Part shown: positions 1-8,640 of the stretch, in pieces
Numbering within the stretch: the stretch's first letter is position 1
Layout: the number at the start of each line of letters is the position of its first letter
Source: an uncultured Eubacteriales bacterium
GTDB taxonomy: Bacteria; Bacillota; Clostridia; Oscillospirales; QAMX01
DNA length: 64,000 nucleotides
Assembly (NCBI GenBank): GCA_934546935.1
Contig: CAKTEH010000001.1
Coordinates: 44,460 to 108,459, forward strand
Reading direction: 5' to 3'
The notes under the pieces: model-generated
Told to the model about the DNA's origin: nothing
What the model saw: the letters and a program-made list of their open reading frames with translations, nothing else
Database searches by the model: none
Position numbers and translations under genes: made by a program

Positions 1-2
1 TG

Positions 3-188
3 GGCCGCAAGTGCACGCTCTACCGCCGGGATGGCGCGATCGAACATTTTGACTGTCCTGTGGAAAACGGTTTTGTATTTGAGGTTCAGGAAGTAATGGA
101 CTGCGTGCGCGCCGGGCGTTTGGAAAGCGCAGTTGTGCCATGGGATTTGACACGCAGTTGCGCAAAGCTTTTTGACGGTCTGCGCTGA
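3..188 (+). CDS. Gfo/Idh/MocA-like oxidoreductase, C-terminal fragment (5' part outside window)
   Basis: Frame 3 is open from the window edge to TGA at 186-188. It reads ...CTLYRRDGAIEHFDCPVENGFVFEVQEVMDCVRAGRLESAVVPWDLTRSCAKLFDGLR, which resembles the C-terminal tail of Gfo/Idh/MocA oxidoreductases. Family call is by eye only. Confidence 0.3.
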   Translation, partial: GRKCTLYRRDGAIEHFDCPVENGFVFEVQEVMDCVRAGRLESAVVPWDLTRSCAKLFDGLR

Positions 189-304
189 GGGCGGCATCAA
201 GCCTTTAAAGCGTCCGGCGCATATTTATTATGTATAAGCTTTCATAAAGATCACATTGTAGCCAAGGAAGTGAATATGTCCAAAACTGAAGATTGAGGTG
301 TGGT

Positions 305-1588
305 GTGAAGGAAACGGGGAAATTGCTTGTTTTGCTTTTTGCGCTTTTGCTGCTGTCCTCCTGCACCCTTCCTAAAATGGAGGGTGCGCAGAATCCGGCG
401 GGTGAAAATCCAGCATCAGATGCCGGTCCGGCTGCGGATGAGGTGAAAATTCAAAGTGATAATGATGCACAGCCGATATACCGGATTCCGGCGGCTGATG
501 AGCGCCTTCCTTCGTTGAAGGAGCATTTTGAAGGCATAATGCGTGTCGGCGCGGCAGTCAATACCCGGGATCTGCGGGAAAATACGAAATTATATGAGAC
601 AGTTCTGAAGCATTATAGTGTTCTTGTCCTGGAAAATGAGATGAAGCCGGAAAATATGAATCCTGCACCGGATGTGTATCATTTTGATGCGGCCGATGCA
701 TTTGCAGAGTTCGGCCAAGAAAATGGTATTGCACTGCGCGGGCATACGCTTATATGGCATTCCCAGGTGCCCGCCTGGTGGTTTGAGGGCTCGGGCGAGG
801 ATGGCCGCGCTACGCGTGAAGAGCTGCTTGCCCGCATGGAGGAGTACATTACTACGGTGGTCACCCGCTACAAGGGCCGTATCCATACTTGGGACGTTGT
901 AAACGAGGCGGTTTCTGATAATGGGGACGGGCTGCGCGGCGAAGAGGAAAACTCGCTTTGGACCTCAATCATTGGCGATTTAGACGGTGATGGGAAAAAT
1001 ACCGATTATATTGAACAGGCCTTTTATCTTGCGCGTGCTGCCGATCCGGACGCACAGCTGATCCTCAACGATTATAATCTTGAAGGCGATGCAGCAAAGT
1101 TGGAAGCGTTTTATCTGACAGTGAAAGCAATGTTGGAGAAAGGCGTCCCAATCGATGGCGTTGGAATCCAAGGGCATATAAATACTGGATGGCCATCTGT
1201 TGAAAACTTTGAAGCGGCGATTGAAAAGCTTGCGTCTTTAAAAGACTTTGATCCGGATTTTGTTGTCCAGGTTACAGAGCTTGATATGTCGCTTTTTTCC
1301 TGGGGTGACGAAAGCCTGGAAAAGGAAATGGATGTGATTTTGCAAACGCAGTTTGCCGTCCGGTATGCTGACTTGTTTGACATGTTCCGCCGGCAGGCAG
1401 AAAAAGGGAATCTTGATATGGTGCTGACCTGGGGTGTGTATGACGGTGCAAGCTGGCTGAACAACTATCCTGTGGAAGGGCGCATAGATGCGCCGCTGCT
1501 GTTTGACCGGGATATGCAGGCTAAACCAGCGTTTTGGGCGGTGATTGACAGAACGTGGCTTCGGGCTGTTTTTGCGGAATACAAATAG
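305..1588 (+). CDS. Glycoside hydrolase family 10 endo-1,4-beta-xylanase, probable lipoprotein
   Basis: ORF 293..1588. Signal peptide ends in a lipobox-like LLLLSSC. GH10 hallmarks are GHTLIWHSQVPAWW, WDVVNEA (acid/base Glu) and VTELDM (nucleophile Glu). GTG at 305 is preceded by GAGGTG; TTG at 293 is an alternative start. Confidence 0.9.
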   Translation: MKETGKLLVLLFALLLLSSCTLPKMEGAQNPAGENPASDAGPAADEVKIQSDNDAQPIYRIPAADERLPSLKEHFEGIMRVGAAVNTRDLRENTKLYETVLKHYSVLVLENEMKPENMNPAPDVYHFDAADAFAEFGQENGIALRGHTLIWHSQVPAWWFEGSGEDGRATREELLARMEEYITTVVTRYKGRIHTWDVVNEAVSDNGDGLRGEEENSLWTSIIGDLDGDGKNTDYIEQAFYLARAADPDAQLILNDYNLEGDAAKLEAFYLTVKAMLEKGVPIDGVGIQGHINTGWPSVENFEAAIEKLASLKDFDPDFVVQVTELDMSLFSWGDESLEKEMDVILQTQFAVRYADLFDMFRRQAEKGNLDMVLTWGVYDGASWLNNYPVEGRIDAPLLFDRDMQAKPAFWAVIDRTWLRAVFAEYK

Positions 1589-1646
1589 GGTTGGTTTTAT
1601 ATCAGTTCGTGCTTCATCCCTGCTATGGCGTCGTTCCTGGAAGAAG

Positions 1647-1677
1647 AAAAAGGCGTACCCAAAGGGTACGCCTTTTT
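1647..1677. terminator. Bidirectional rho-independent terminator between xylanase (+) and rubredoxin (-)
   Basis: aaaaaGGCGTACCCaaaGGGTACGCCttttt: a 9-bp GC-rich stem flanked by an A-run and a T-run. Confidence 0.75.
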
Positions 1678-1685
1678 ACTCTGTT

Positions 1686-1820
1686 TTATTCTTCCGGGCT
1701 GAATTCATCCTTGCCTGCGCCGCAAAGCTCACAGGCAAAATCTTCTGGAAGATCTTCCCACTTTACACCGGCTTCATCCTCGTCATAGACCCAGCCGCAC
1801 AGGTTGCATACGTATTTCAT
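1686..1820 (-). CDS. Rubredoxin (44 aa; absent from ORF track because <60 aa)
   Basis: Hand translation of the minus strand gives MKYVCNLCGWVYDEDEAGVKWEDLPEDFACELCGAGKDEFSPEE. It has two CxxCG knuckles (CNLCG, CELCG) and the WxDLP motif. GGAGGA lies 7 nt upstream of the ATG, and the stop is TAA at 1686-1688. Confidence 0.85.
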   Translation of the reverse strand: MKYVCNLCGWVYDEDEAGVKWEDLPEDFACELCGAGKDEFSPEE

Positions 1821-1835
1821 AAAAATTCCTCCGGA

Positions 1836-2390
1836 TTACTTGTTGAAGTAGCGCTTCAGCAGGCCTGCAAAAGCCTTGCCGTGCCGCGCTTCGTCACGGG
1901 CCATTTCATGGACGGTGTCGTGGATCGCGTCGAGGCCAAGCTCCTTGGCTTTTTTTGCAAGTTCAAACTTGCCGGCAGTTGCGCCGTTTTCTGCGTCAAC
2001 GCGCATTTTCAGGTTTTTCTCCGTGCTGTCGGTGATCACTTCACCGAGAAGCTCAGCAAATTTTGCTGCATGCTCCGCCTCTTCGTAGGCGGCTTTCTCC
2101 CAATACAGGCCGATTTCCGGATAACCTTCGCGATGGGCGACACGGGCCATGGCAAGATACATACCGACTTCGCTGCATTCGCCTTCAAAGTTGGCGCGCA
2201 GGCCGGCGATAATTTCTTCCGGGACATCCTTGGCGACACCGACAATGTGCTCGGCAGCCCAGCTCATTTCGTTTTCTTCTTTAACAATGAATTTGCTGCC
2301 GGGGACTTTACACTGCGGGCAGACAAAGCCTTCCGGAAGAGCATCGCCTTCGTATACATAGCCACAGACAGGACATACAAATTTCTTCAT
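1836..2390 (-). CDS. rbr: Rubrerythrin, reverse domain order (N-terminal rubredoxin-like Cys4 domain plus ferritin-like diiron domain)
   Basis: ORF 1836..2402. The internal start [16 protein letters not shown]...CPQC follows GAGGTG. The diiron ligand pattern is present: E...[20 protein letters not shown]. Confidence 0.85.
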   Translation of the reverse strand: MKKFVCPVCGYVYEGDALPEGFVCPQCKVPGSKFIVKEENEMSWAAEHIVGVAKDVPEEIIAGLRANFEGECSEVGMYLAMARVAHREGYPEIGLYWEKAAYEEAEHAAKFAELLGEVITDSTEKNLKMRVDAENGATAGKFELAKKAKELGLDAIHDTVHEMARDEARHGKAFAGLLKRYFNK

Positions 2391-2597
2391 AAAGCACCTC
2401 ATATTCTTTAAAATTTGTTTGATTTCGGGTTACAAATAAAATATACTAAATCACTCCACAAAAGTCAATACCTTTTTGAAAAAATTTTGTTTAAAACCCC
2501 CTTTTTCTATGCTATACTAAAAATATGGATTTTTGTTCCTGATGTGGAGTGTTATGCCGCGCGCCGTGCGCCGGTCTGAATATTTTGGAGGTTTATA

Positions 2598-4820
2598 ATG
2601 AAAGTCCTCAATCTCATCGGCGGCGGTGATGTCGGCGGTGCCAAGACGCATATCATTTCCCTGGCGTCCCGGCTCTCGCATTATTGCCAGGTCAAGGTGG
2701 TCAGTTTCCGGGACGGGCCCTTTGTTGAAGATACACGCGCGGCAGGCATTGATGTGGAGGTTGTGCATAACCGCAGCCCGCTGCGCGACCTGCGTGCGCT
2801 GCGCCGCATTGTTGAGGTGTACGCGCCGGATGTAATTCACTGCCATGGTGCGCGTGCGAATATGATGGGCGTCATGCTGAAGCGATGGACGCATGTCCCG
2901 CTGGTGACAACGGTGCATTCGGATTACAGGCTGGATTATATGGGTCAGCCGTTAAAGCAGGCGAGCTTCGGTATGATCAACAAATACTGCCTGCGGAAGA
3001 TTGATTATTATACCTGCGTGGCGCAGCGTACCGCGCGCATGATGGCCTCGCGCGGGTTCCCGGCGCACCGTCTGTATACGATATACAATGGTATTGATTT
3101 TTCCGGGACGCATCGCAGTGTTAGCCGTCAGGAGTATCTGGCGCGATTTGGCGCAGGCTGTGAGCAGGGGGATGTTTTGTGCGGCATAGCAGCCCGGCTG
3201 ACGCCGGTTAAGGATGTCCCGACCCTGCTGCGTGCGGCGGAGCAGGCTTTGCGCCGTTGCCCGAAGCTGAAAATTGTGATTGCAGGCGACGGGGAAGACC
3301 GGCAGAGACTGGAGGCTATGGCGCAGGAGCTGGGAATCCGGAAAAATGTACTGTTCCTTGGCTGGATTGAGGATATACATGATTTTTTCTCTGCAATGGA
3401 TATCAATGTGATCTGTTCGCTGTCAGAAACCTTCCCTTATGTAATCCTGGAGGGAATCCAGGAGCGCTGTGCAGCCATCAGTTCGGATGTCGGGGGAATG
3501 GCGGAACTGATCGACGATGGCGTTAACGGCTTTATTTTCCAGCCTGGCGATTACCGGACGTTGGCGAGATGCCTGGAGACCCTGTGCAGCGACGCTCAGC
3601 TTCGGGAAGCGTTTTCCTCCCGCCTGTTTGAGAAGGCAAGCGCGCAGTTTTCTTTGGACGTTATGGCGCGCACGCAGTTTTCAATCTATACGTCAATCCT
3701 GTCTGCGCAGCAGGCGCAGTTTAAACGCGACGGGGTGCTTATCTGCGGCGCATATGGAAAGGGAAATGCCGGGGACGACGCGATTTTAAAGGCGATTGTA
3801 GCGCAGGCACATGAAATTAACCCGCATATGCCTGTATGTGTGATGTCGCGTGACCCGAAAAAAACGGCATATGAATACGGCGTCAACTCTATTTTCACAT
3901 TCAATATCGGAAAAATGCTGTGCGCAATGCGCCGCTGTGCGGTATATATAAATGGCGGGGGCAGTTTGATTCAGGATGTTACTTCCAGCCGTTCGCTGCT
4001 GTTTTATCTTTTTACGCTGTTTGCGGCGCATCATGCCGGTGCAGGCGTTATTATGTATGGCTGCGGGATCGGGCCGGTGAATTCCCCGGCAAATCGCGCA
4101 CGCGCGGCCAAAGTGCTGAATACCTGTGTAGATGTCATTACCCTGCGCGAGGATGATTCCGCGACGGAGCTTGGCGTCCTGGGGGTAACGGAGCCGGAAA
4201 TTTATCTTGCGGCGGATCCGGCCATGACCCTGGGCGCCGCGTCTGAAGCCCGGGTATCTGCAGCGATGAAAGCGCAGGGAGTGCCGGAGGGGAAACCATA
4301 TCTTGTTTTGTGCGTACGCAACTGGCTGGCGTTTGACCTTAAAGCGCCTGCCATTGCCGGCGCGGCAAATTATGCTTATCATCGCTATGGCCTGGAGACC
4401 CTTATTCTTCCTGTAGAGGTGCCGCGCGATCTGGAAGCCGGGGAAATGATCCGGATGAAGCTTGACCATAGGCCGTATATTATAGACCGGCGCTTTGATC
4501 CGGAAATTACCATCGGCATTATTACGCAAAGCCGTGCAATGCTGGCAATGCGGCTGCATGCGCTGGTCTTTGCGGTGCAGGCGGAGATCCCCTGTGCCGG
4601 CATTGTTTACGACCGTAAGGTTACCGGGTTCATGCGTTATATCCATGAAGACCTGTATGTGGATTTAAACGATGCAGATGAAAAGACGCTGTGCCTTTTT
4701 ATAGACCGGATGATGGGAATGTCGGTTAAGCAGCGCAATGAAAATGCCGCGCGCCTGCGTGAGCTGGAAAAGGTGAACCGGCGCGAACTGAAAAAACTGA
4801 TTATGGAGCATAAAAAATGA
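2598..4820 (+). CDS. Fusion protein: GT4-family glycosyltransferase (N-terminal) plus polysaccharide pyruvyl transferase, CsaB-like (C-terminal)
   Basis: 740 aa. The N-terminal half resembles GT4/GT-B (GGDVGGAKTHI..., ...LSETFPYVILEGIQERCAAISSDVGGMAELI..G.NGF). The C-terminal half starts with ICGAYGKGNAGDDAILKAIV and continues ...YINGGGSLIQD..., typical of PS_pyruv_trans/CsaB. Confidence 0.7.
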   Translation: MKVLNLIGGGDVGGAKTHIISLASRLSHYCQVKVVSFRDGPFVEDTRAAGIDVEVVHNRSPLRDLRALRRIVEVYAPDVIHCHGARANMMGVMLKRWTHVPLVTTVHSDYRLDYMGQPLKQASFGMINKYCLRKIDYYTCVAQRTARMMASRGFPAHRLYTIYNGIDFSGTHRSVSRQEYLARFGAGCEQGDVLCGIAARLTPVKDVPTLLRAAEQALRRCPKLKIVIAGDGEDRQRLEAMAQELGIRKNVLFLGWIEDIHDFFSAMDINVICSLSETFPYVILEGIQERCAAISSDVGGMAELIDDGVNGFIFQPGDYRTLARCLETLCSDAQLREAFSSRLFEKASAQFSLDVMARTQFSIYTSILSAQQAQFKRDGVLICGAYGKGNAGDDAILKAIVAQAHEINPHMPVCVMSRDPKKTAYEYGVNSIFTFNIGKMLCAMRRCAVYINGGGSLIQDVTSSRSLLFYLFTLFAAHHAGAGVIMYGCGIGPVNSPANRARAAKVLNTCVDVITLREDDSATELGVLGVTEPEIYLAADPAMTLGAASEARVSAAMKAQGVPEGKPYLVLCVRNWLAFDLKAPAIAGAANYAYHRYGLETLILPVEVPRDLEAGEMIRMKLDHRPYIIDRRFDPEITIGIITQSRAMLAMRLHALVFAVQAEIPCAGIVYDRKVTGFMRYIHEDLYVDLNDADEKTLCLFIDRMMGMSVKQRNENAARLRELEKVNRRELKKLIMEHKK

Positions 4821-5323
4821 AACAGTATTTGGAGGCAGGTGTTGTCGCTACCACCCACGGCGTACGCGGGGAAATAAAAGTAAATCCTTGGAGTGACGGC
4901 CCGGAATTTTTAAAGCGTTTTTCCCGTGTTTTTATCGATGGGCACGAGTACAGGCTTCTTTCTGCACGCGCCCATAAATCGCAGACGTTGATACAACTTG
5001 AAGGCGTCTGCGATGTAGACCAGGCGATGCGCCTGCGGGGCAAGGTGGTGTATATCTGCCGTGATGATATCAAGCTTGAGGAAGGCACGTATTTTGTACA
5101 GGATTTAATCGGCTTTCAGGTTTATGACTGGCGCACACAGGCGGTGATCGGGAAGCTGGAGGAGGTGCTCAACCTGCCTGCGGGCGATGTCTATGTTATC
5201 CGCGCTGGGGAGCGGGAATGCATGATCCCGGTTAATCCTGTTTTTGTTAAGGAAACGGATCTGGAAAACGCCGTGCTCTACGTCGAAACAATTAAAGGGA
5301 TGCTGGGCGATGACGATGCATAA
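4817..5323 (+). CDS. rimM: 16S rRNA processing protein RimM
   Basis: GVVATTHGVRGEIKV N-terminal motif plus a PRC-barrel-like C-terminus. The ATG overlaps the upstream stop (ATGA at 4817-4820). Confidence 0.85.
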   Translation: MKQYLEAGVVATTHGVRGEIKVNPWSDGPEFLKRFSRVFIDGHEYRLLSARAHKSQTLIQLEGVCDVDQAMRLRGKVVYICRDDIKLEEGTYFVQDLIGFQVYDWRTQAVIGKLEEVLNLPAGDVYVIRAGERECMIPVNPVFVKETDLENAVLYVETIKGMLGDDDA

Positions 5324-5330
5324 AGCTGGA

Positions 5331-6080
5331 ATGAAAATCGATATCATGACGCTTTTTCCCGATATGGTCCGTATGGTAATGGACACAAGCATAATCGGCC
5401 ATGCACAGGGAAACGGGCTCGTGGAAATCAATACCGTCAATATCCGCGAATATTCCCCTTCCCGCAGCCGCCGGACGGATGATTACCCCTATGGCGGCGG
5501 CCAGGGGCTGGTTATGCTTGCAGAGCCGCTGTACCGCTGCCATGCCGCGCTGTGCGAAAAGGCCGGCGGCCGGCCGCATACGGTACTGATGTCGGCGCAG
5601 GGACAGCCCTACAACCAAGAAAAAGCCCGGCAGCTGCTTGCACGCGGCCATATTATCCTGGTGTGCGGCCATTATGAAGGAATCGACGAACGTTTCATAG
5701 AGGAGTGTGTCGATGAGGAGATATCGCTGGGGGATTTTGTCATGACCGGGGGTGAGATCCCCGCCATGGCCATCGCTGACAGTATTTGCCGCATGGTGCC
5801 GGGCGTTTTAAGCGAGGAAGCGGGCTTTACGGATGAGAGCCATTGGGCCGGGCTTCTGGAATACCCGCAATATACCCGGCCCGAGGTTTGGCATGGACGT
5901 GCCGTACCGGAGATCCTGCTTTCCGGGCACCATGTCAAAATTGAGAAATGGCGCCGCATGCAGATGTTGATGCGGACATTGAAACGCCGCCCTGCGCTTT
6001 TACAGCGTGCGCAGCTCACGCCGCAGGATACGCTGACAATTCTGCGGGAACTGGAAAAGGAGGAGGCTCCGGATATATGA
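5331..6080 (+). CDS. trmD: tRNA (guanine37-N1)-methyltransferase TrmD
   Basis: ORF 5244..6080. The conserved N-terminus MKIDIMTLFPDM starts at 5331 (5310 is also in frame). Also DDYPYGGGQGLVM and VCGHYEGIDERF. Confidence 0.9.
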   Translation: MKIDIMTLFPDMVRMVMDTSIIGHAQGNGLVEINTVNIREYSPSRSRRTDDYPYGGGQGLVMLAEPLYRCHAALCEKAGGRPHTVLMSAQGQPYNQEKARQLLARGHIILVCGHYEGIDERFIEECVDEEISLGDFVMTGGEIPAMAIADSICRMVPGVLSEEAGFTDESHWAGLLEYPQYTRPEVWHGRAVPEILLSGHHVKIEKWRRMQMLMRTLKRRPALLQRAQLTPQDTLTILRELEKEEAPDI

Positions 6081-6616
6081 TCTTGTTGATTGCCGGGGGC
6101 ACGCATCTTGGAAAGACAAACTTTGCGCAAAAGCTGCTGGAAAAATACCACTATTCCTATCTGTCGATCGATCATCTTAAGATGGGGTTGATCCGCGCGG
6201 GCTATACCAACCTGAGGCCCGAAGACAGCGAGGAAGTACTAACGGGATATTTATGGCCGGTAGTGCGGGAAATAATCAAAACTTGTATTGAAAACGAGCA
6301 GAATTTGATTGTGGAAGGCTGTTATATCCCATTTGACTGGAAAAAGGATTTTACCGGCGAATATGCGGGCCGTATCCGGTATTTGTGCCTGATTTTCTCT
6401 GAACGTTATATCCGGATGCATTATGAAGATATCCGCCGTTGGGCGGGCGTGATCGAGGACCGCGGCGAAGACGGGGATCTGACCATGGAAACGCTGTTGG
6501 AAGATACCCGGAAAAATTTTGAGAGTTGCCGGGAATTCGGATGTGCATACTACCTGATTGACGGACAGTATGACCTGGATGCGGATAGCTGGGATTTTTG
6601 TGGCCAGGACGCTTAA
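6077..6616 (+). CDS. P-loop NTPase / small-molecule kinase-like protein
   Basis: ORF 5948..6616. The likely start is MILLIAGGTHLGKTNFAQKLL (Walker A GxxxxGKT) at 6077, overlapping the trmD stop (ATGA). It resembles 2-phosphoglycerate-kinase-like AAA proteins; substrate unknown. Confidence 0.55.
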   Translation: MILLIAGGTHLGKTNFAQKLLEKYHYSYLSIDHLKMGLIRAGYTNLRPEDSEEVLTGYLWPVVREIIKTCIENEQNLIVEGCYIPFDWKKDFTGEYAGRIRYLCLIFSERYIRMHYEDIRRWAGVIEDRGEDGDLTMETLLEDTRKNFESCREFGCAYYLIDGQYDLDADSWDFCGQDA

Positions 6617-6619
6617 GCG

Positions 6620-7120
6620 ATGAAAAGACTGTATATAATCGGAGGGACGATGGGCGTGGGTAAGACCACTGTCTGCCAGCTCCTCAAGAGGGAACTTGAG
6701 GCGAGTGTTTTTCTGGACGCCGACGCGCTGTGGGATATGCATCCTTTTGTTGTTACAGAAGAAACAAAATCAATGGTTATGGCGGACATCCATTTCGTAC
6801 TGAATGGATTTTTGCATTGCAGTGCCTTTAAGAATATAATATTCTGCTGGGTTATGCATGAAAAATCCATACTGGATGCGGTTCTCTCCGGGCTGGATAT
6901 GAAAGACTGTGCCGTGGACGCGATATCGTTGACCTGCACACCGCAGGTACTGCAGCAGCGCCTAGCACGGGATGTCGAAGCAAGACTGCGCACGCCGGAT
7001 GTGGTCGCGCGCAGCCTTGCCCGTCTTCCTCTGTATGCAACCATGCCGACGCGGCATATTGATACGAGCGGGAAAAGCCCGCAGCAGGTATGTATGGAAA
7101 TCCTGCACTCGGTCAGATAG
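6620..7120 (+). CDS. AAA/P-loop nucleotide-kinase-like protein
   Basis: MKRLYIIGGTMGVGKTTVCQLL is a Walker A, followed by FLDADALW (Walker B-like). Starts 3 nt after the preceding stop. Confidence 0.55.
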   Translation: MKRLYIIGGTMGVGKTTVCQLLKRELEASVFLDADALWDMHPFVVTEETKSMVMADIHFVLNGFLHCSAFKNIIFCWVMHEKSILDAVLSGLDMKDCAVDAISLTCTPQVLQQRLARDVEARLRTPDVVARSLARLPLYATMPTRHIDTSGKSPQQVCMEILHSVR

Positions 7121-7132
7121 GAGGGGATCACG

Positions 7133-7573
7133 ATGGCCTGTGTTTATTTGGAGGAGATCACACCGGACAACTGGCGTACCGGATTGCAGGTGCGGGAAGA
7201 TCAGAAGCGTTATGTTTCGGACGCGCCAGGAATTCTTGCCCGTGCCTATGCTTACAGGGAAAGCCGAAGCCGTGCGCGGCTGATATATGTGGACGATAAA
7301 CCGGTGGGTATGCTGCTTTATTATGATCTTGCACAATTGGGGAGTTATGACCTCAGCCAGTTTTTTATTGACCGCAATTTCCAGGGAAAAGGCTATGGGG
7401 AACAGGCCATGCGCCTGGCGCTTGAAGAAATGCGCCGGGACGGGCAGTATTCGGGTGTCGACTTATGTTATATAGAGGGTAATGAAGCCGCGCGGCGGTT
7501 GTATGAAAAGCTGGGCTTCCAACCAACCGGGGAAGTGGACGAAGATGAGATTGTAATGCATCTGGATCTTTGA
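7133..7573 (+). CDS. GNAT-family N-acetyltransferase
   Basis: 146 aa. Acetyl-CoA binding motif FFIDRNFQGKGYGEQAMRLALEEM, and ...ARRLYEKLGFQPTGE. Confidence 0.8.
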   Translation: MACVYLEEITPDNWRTGLQVREDQKRYVSDAPGILARAYAYRESRSRARLIYVDDKPVGMLLYYDLAQLGSYDLSQFFIDRNFQGKGYGEQAMRLALEEMRRDGQYSGVDLCYIEGNEAARRLYEKLGFQPTGEVDEDEIVMHLDL

Positions 7574-7835
7574 TACAGAATGGGAAATTCTTTCCTGGTT
7601 CATCCTGCCGGTTCTTCGGTAGGGAAGTATATCCCTGTCTGCCTCTGCATGTCCTGGAAAATCGGAAATGGAGGCGAAAGAAGTACATACGGCATGAAAT
7701 AAGCGGTCTCGGCCAGTTATTGTTTCTGATTGCTTTTGCTGCGGCATATCTGGCCCGCTGTCATTTGATTCCAGGTTTGGAGAGTCATAAATTAGATGCG
7801 CCTATTTGCTGTATTTTATAGGAAGCATGCGGCAT

Positions 7836-7958
7836 ATGACTGCTGCGGGAATTTTAATTTTGGTTGCTGCTGGTTTAAGCATAGCTGCAACTTCGCTTGT
7901 CGGCGGCAAACTGGAAAGGTTAAAAAAACGTCCTGTTTTAAACAGGACGTTTTTTTAA
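7836..7958 (+). CDS. Possible small hydrophobic peptide (40 aa)
   Basis: Hand translation gives MTAAGILILVAAGLSIAATSLVGGKLERLKKRPVLNRTFF: one predicted TM helix and a basic tail. GGAAG lies ~10 nt upstream. The ORF runs through the hairpin at 7922-7957. No homology evidence. Confidence 0.2.
   Translation: MTAAGILILVAAGLSIAATSLVGGKLERLKKRPVLNRTFF
7922..7957 (+). terminator. Rho-independent terminator-like hairpin
   Basis: aaaaaaACGTCCTGTTTaaAACAGGACGTttttttt: perfect palindrome with flanking A- and T-runs. It sits 5 nt upstream of the IS200-like repeat. Confidence 0.7.
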
Positions 7959-7962
7959 CCTT

Positions 7963-8591
7963 CCTTTAAGCCGTCGTGCAGAAAAAAGGATAAAAATGCC
8001 CCGCAGGCGGGAGGGCCTAAGCTTGAGAAGAATACTGGGTAAGCATGATGGAATAATGGAGGTTCGGGCTATTCAAGCTGACAAAGAAGAAAGCGTCCAG
8101 TGTCAAACCGTTTGGCACATACAAAATGGATATGGAATTACCAGCCAGTCTTTAGGCAGGAAACAGGAGAAAAGCGATATATAACGGCGCAAAGGCAGAT
8201 ATCTGGGAAATTACCCGGAGTCTGCACAGGTGGAAAAACGGGAAAATACAGGGGCGCCGTCTGCTGTCGGAGCATACCCGCAAACAGGCGGCGGTCCCGG
8301 TAAAGTACAGCGTATCGCGGTTTTACGAAGAACAAATATGGCAACCGGTACTTTTTGGAAGGCGAGTAGTGGCATACGTGAAGCAACGCAAGAGATCGAA
8401 AGGACTTTTTAAGGGGAAGTCAGGTAATGCGTCCGCAATGGCTTGAAGAAAGTAAAGGCCAGCGCCTAAATGACGCTGGCCAGGATACGCTGAGGAGGGA
8501 CATACCGCAAACTTTTCCGCCCGACAATGCTGTTGCTATGCACAGCGGGCAGATTTGCCGCATACTCCCCTCCGGGAGTATGCGGCAAATC
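7963..8591 (+). mobile_element. Decayed IS200-like (IS200/IS605 family) element
   Basis: The ~190-bp 5' segment (7963-8154) recurs at 63697-63890. It is followed by frame-shifted remnants of a Y1 transposase (8100-8412). An 18-bp perfect hairpin closes the element (GATTTGCCGCATACTCCC ctcc GGGAGTATGCGGCAAATC, 8552-8591). The ~630 bp size fits IS200. Confidence 0.6.
8100..8412 (+). pseudogene. IS200-type Y1 transposase (tnpA) pseudogene
   Basis: Frame A reads SNRLAHTKWIWNYQPVF..GEKR...ISGKLPGVC...CCRSIP; compare IS200 SLAHTRWNCKYHIVFAPKYRR..YGEKRR.VGSILRKLC...DHIHML.EIPPK. After a +1 shift it reads GKVQRIAVLRR...GTFWKASSG...EATQEIE; compare GKSSLML....REFWCRGYY....IQDYI. The HUH (DHIHM) segment is missing and frame A has a stop at 8301-8303. 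Confidence 0.6.
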
Positions 8592-8640
8592 ATATTGGCC
8601 TTTTTGCACTTTCACACGGCGGCTTCCTTCCGTTGAGGCT

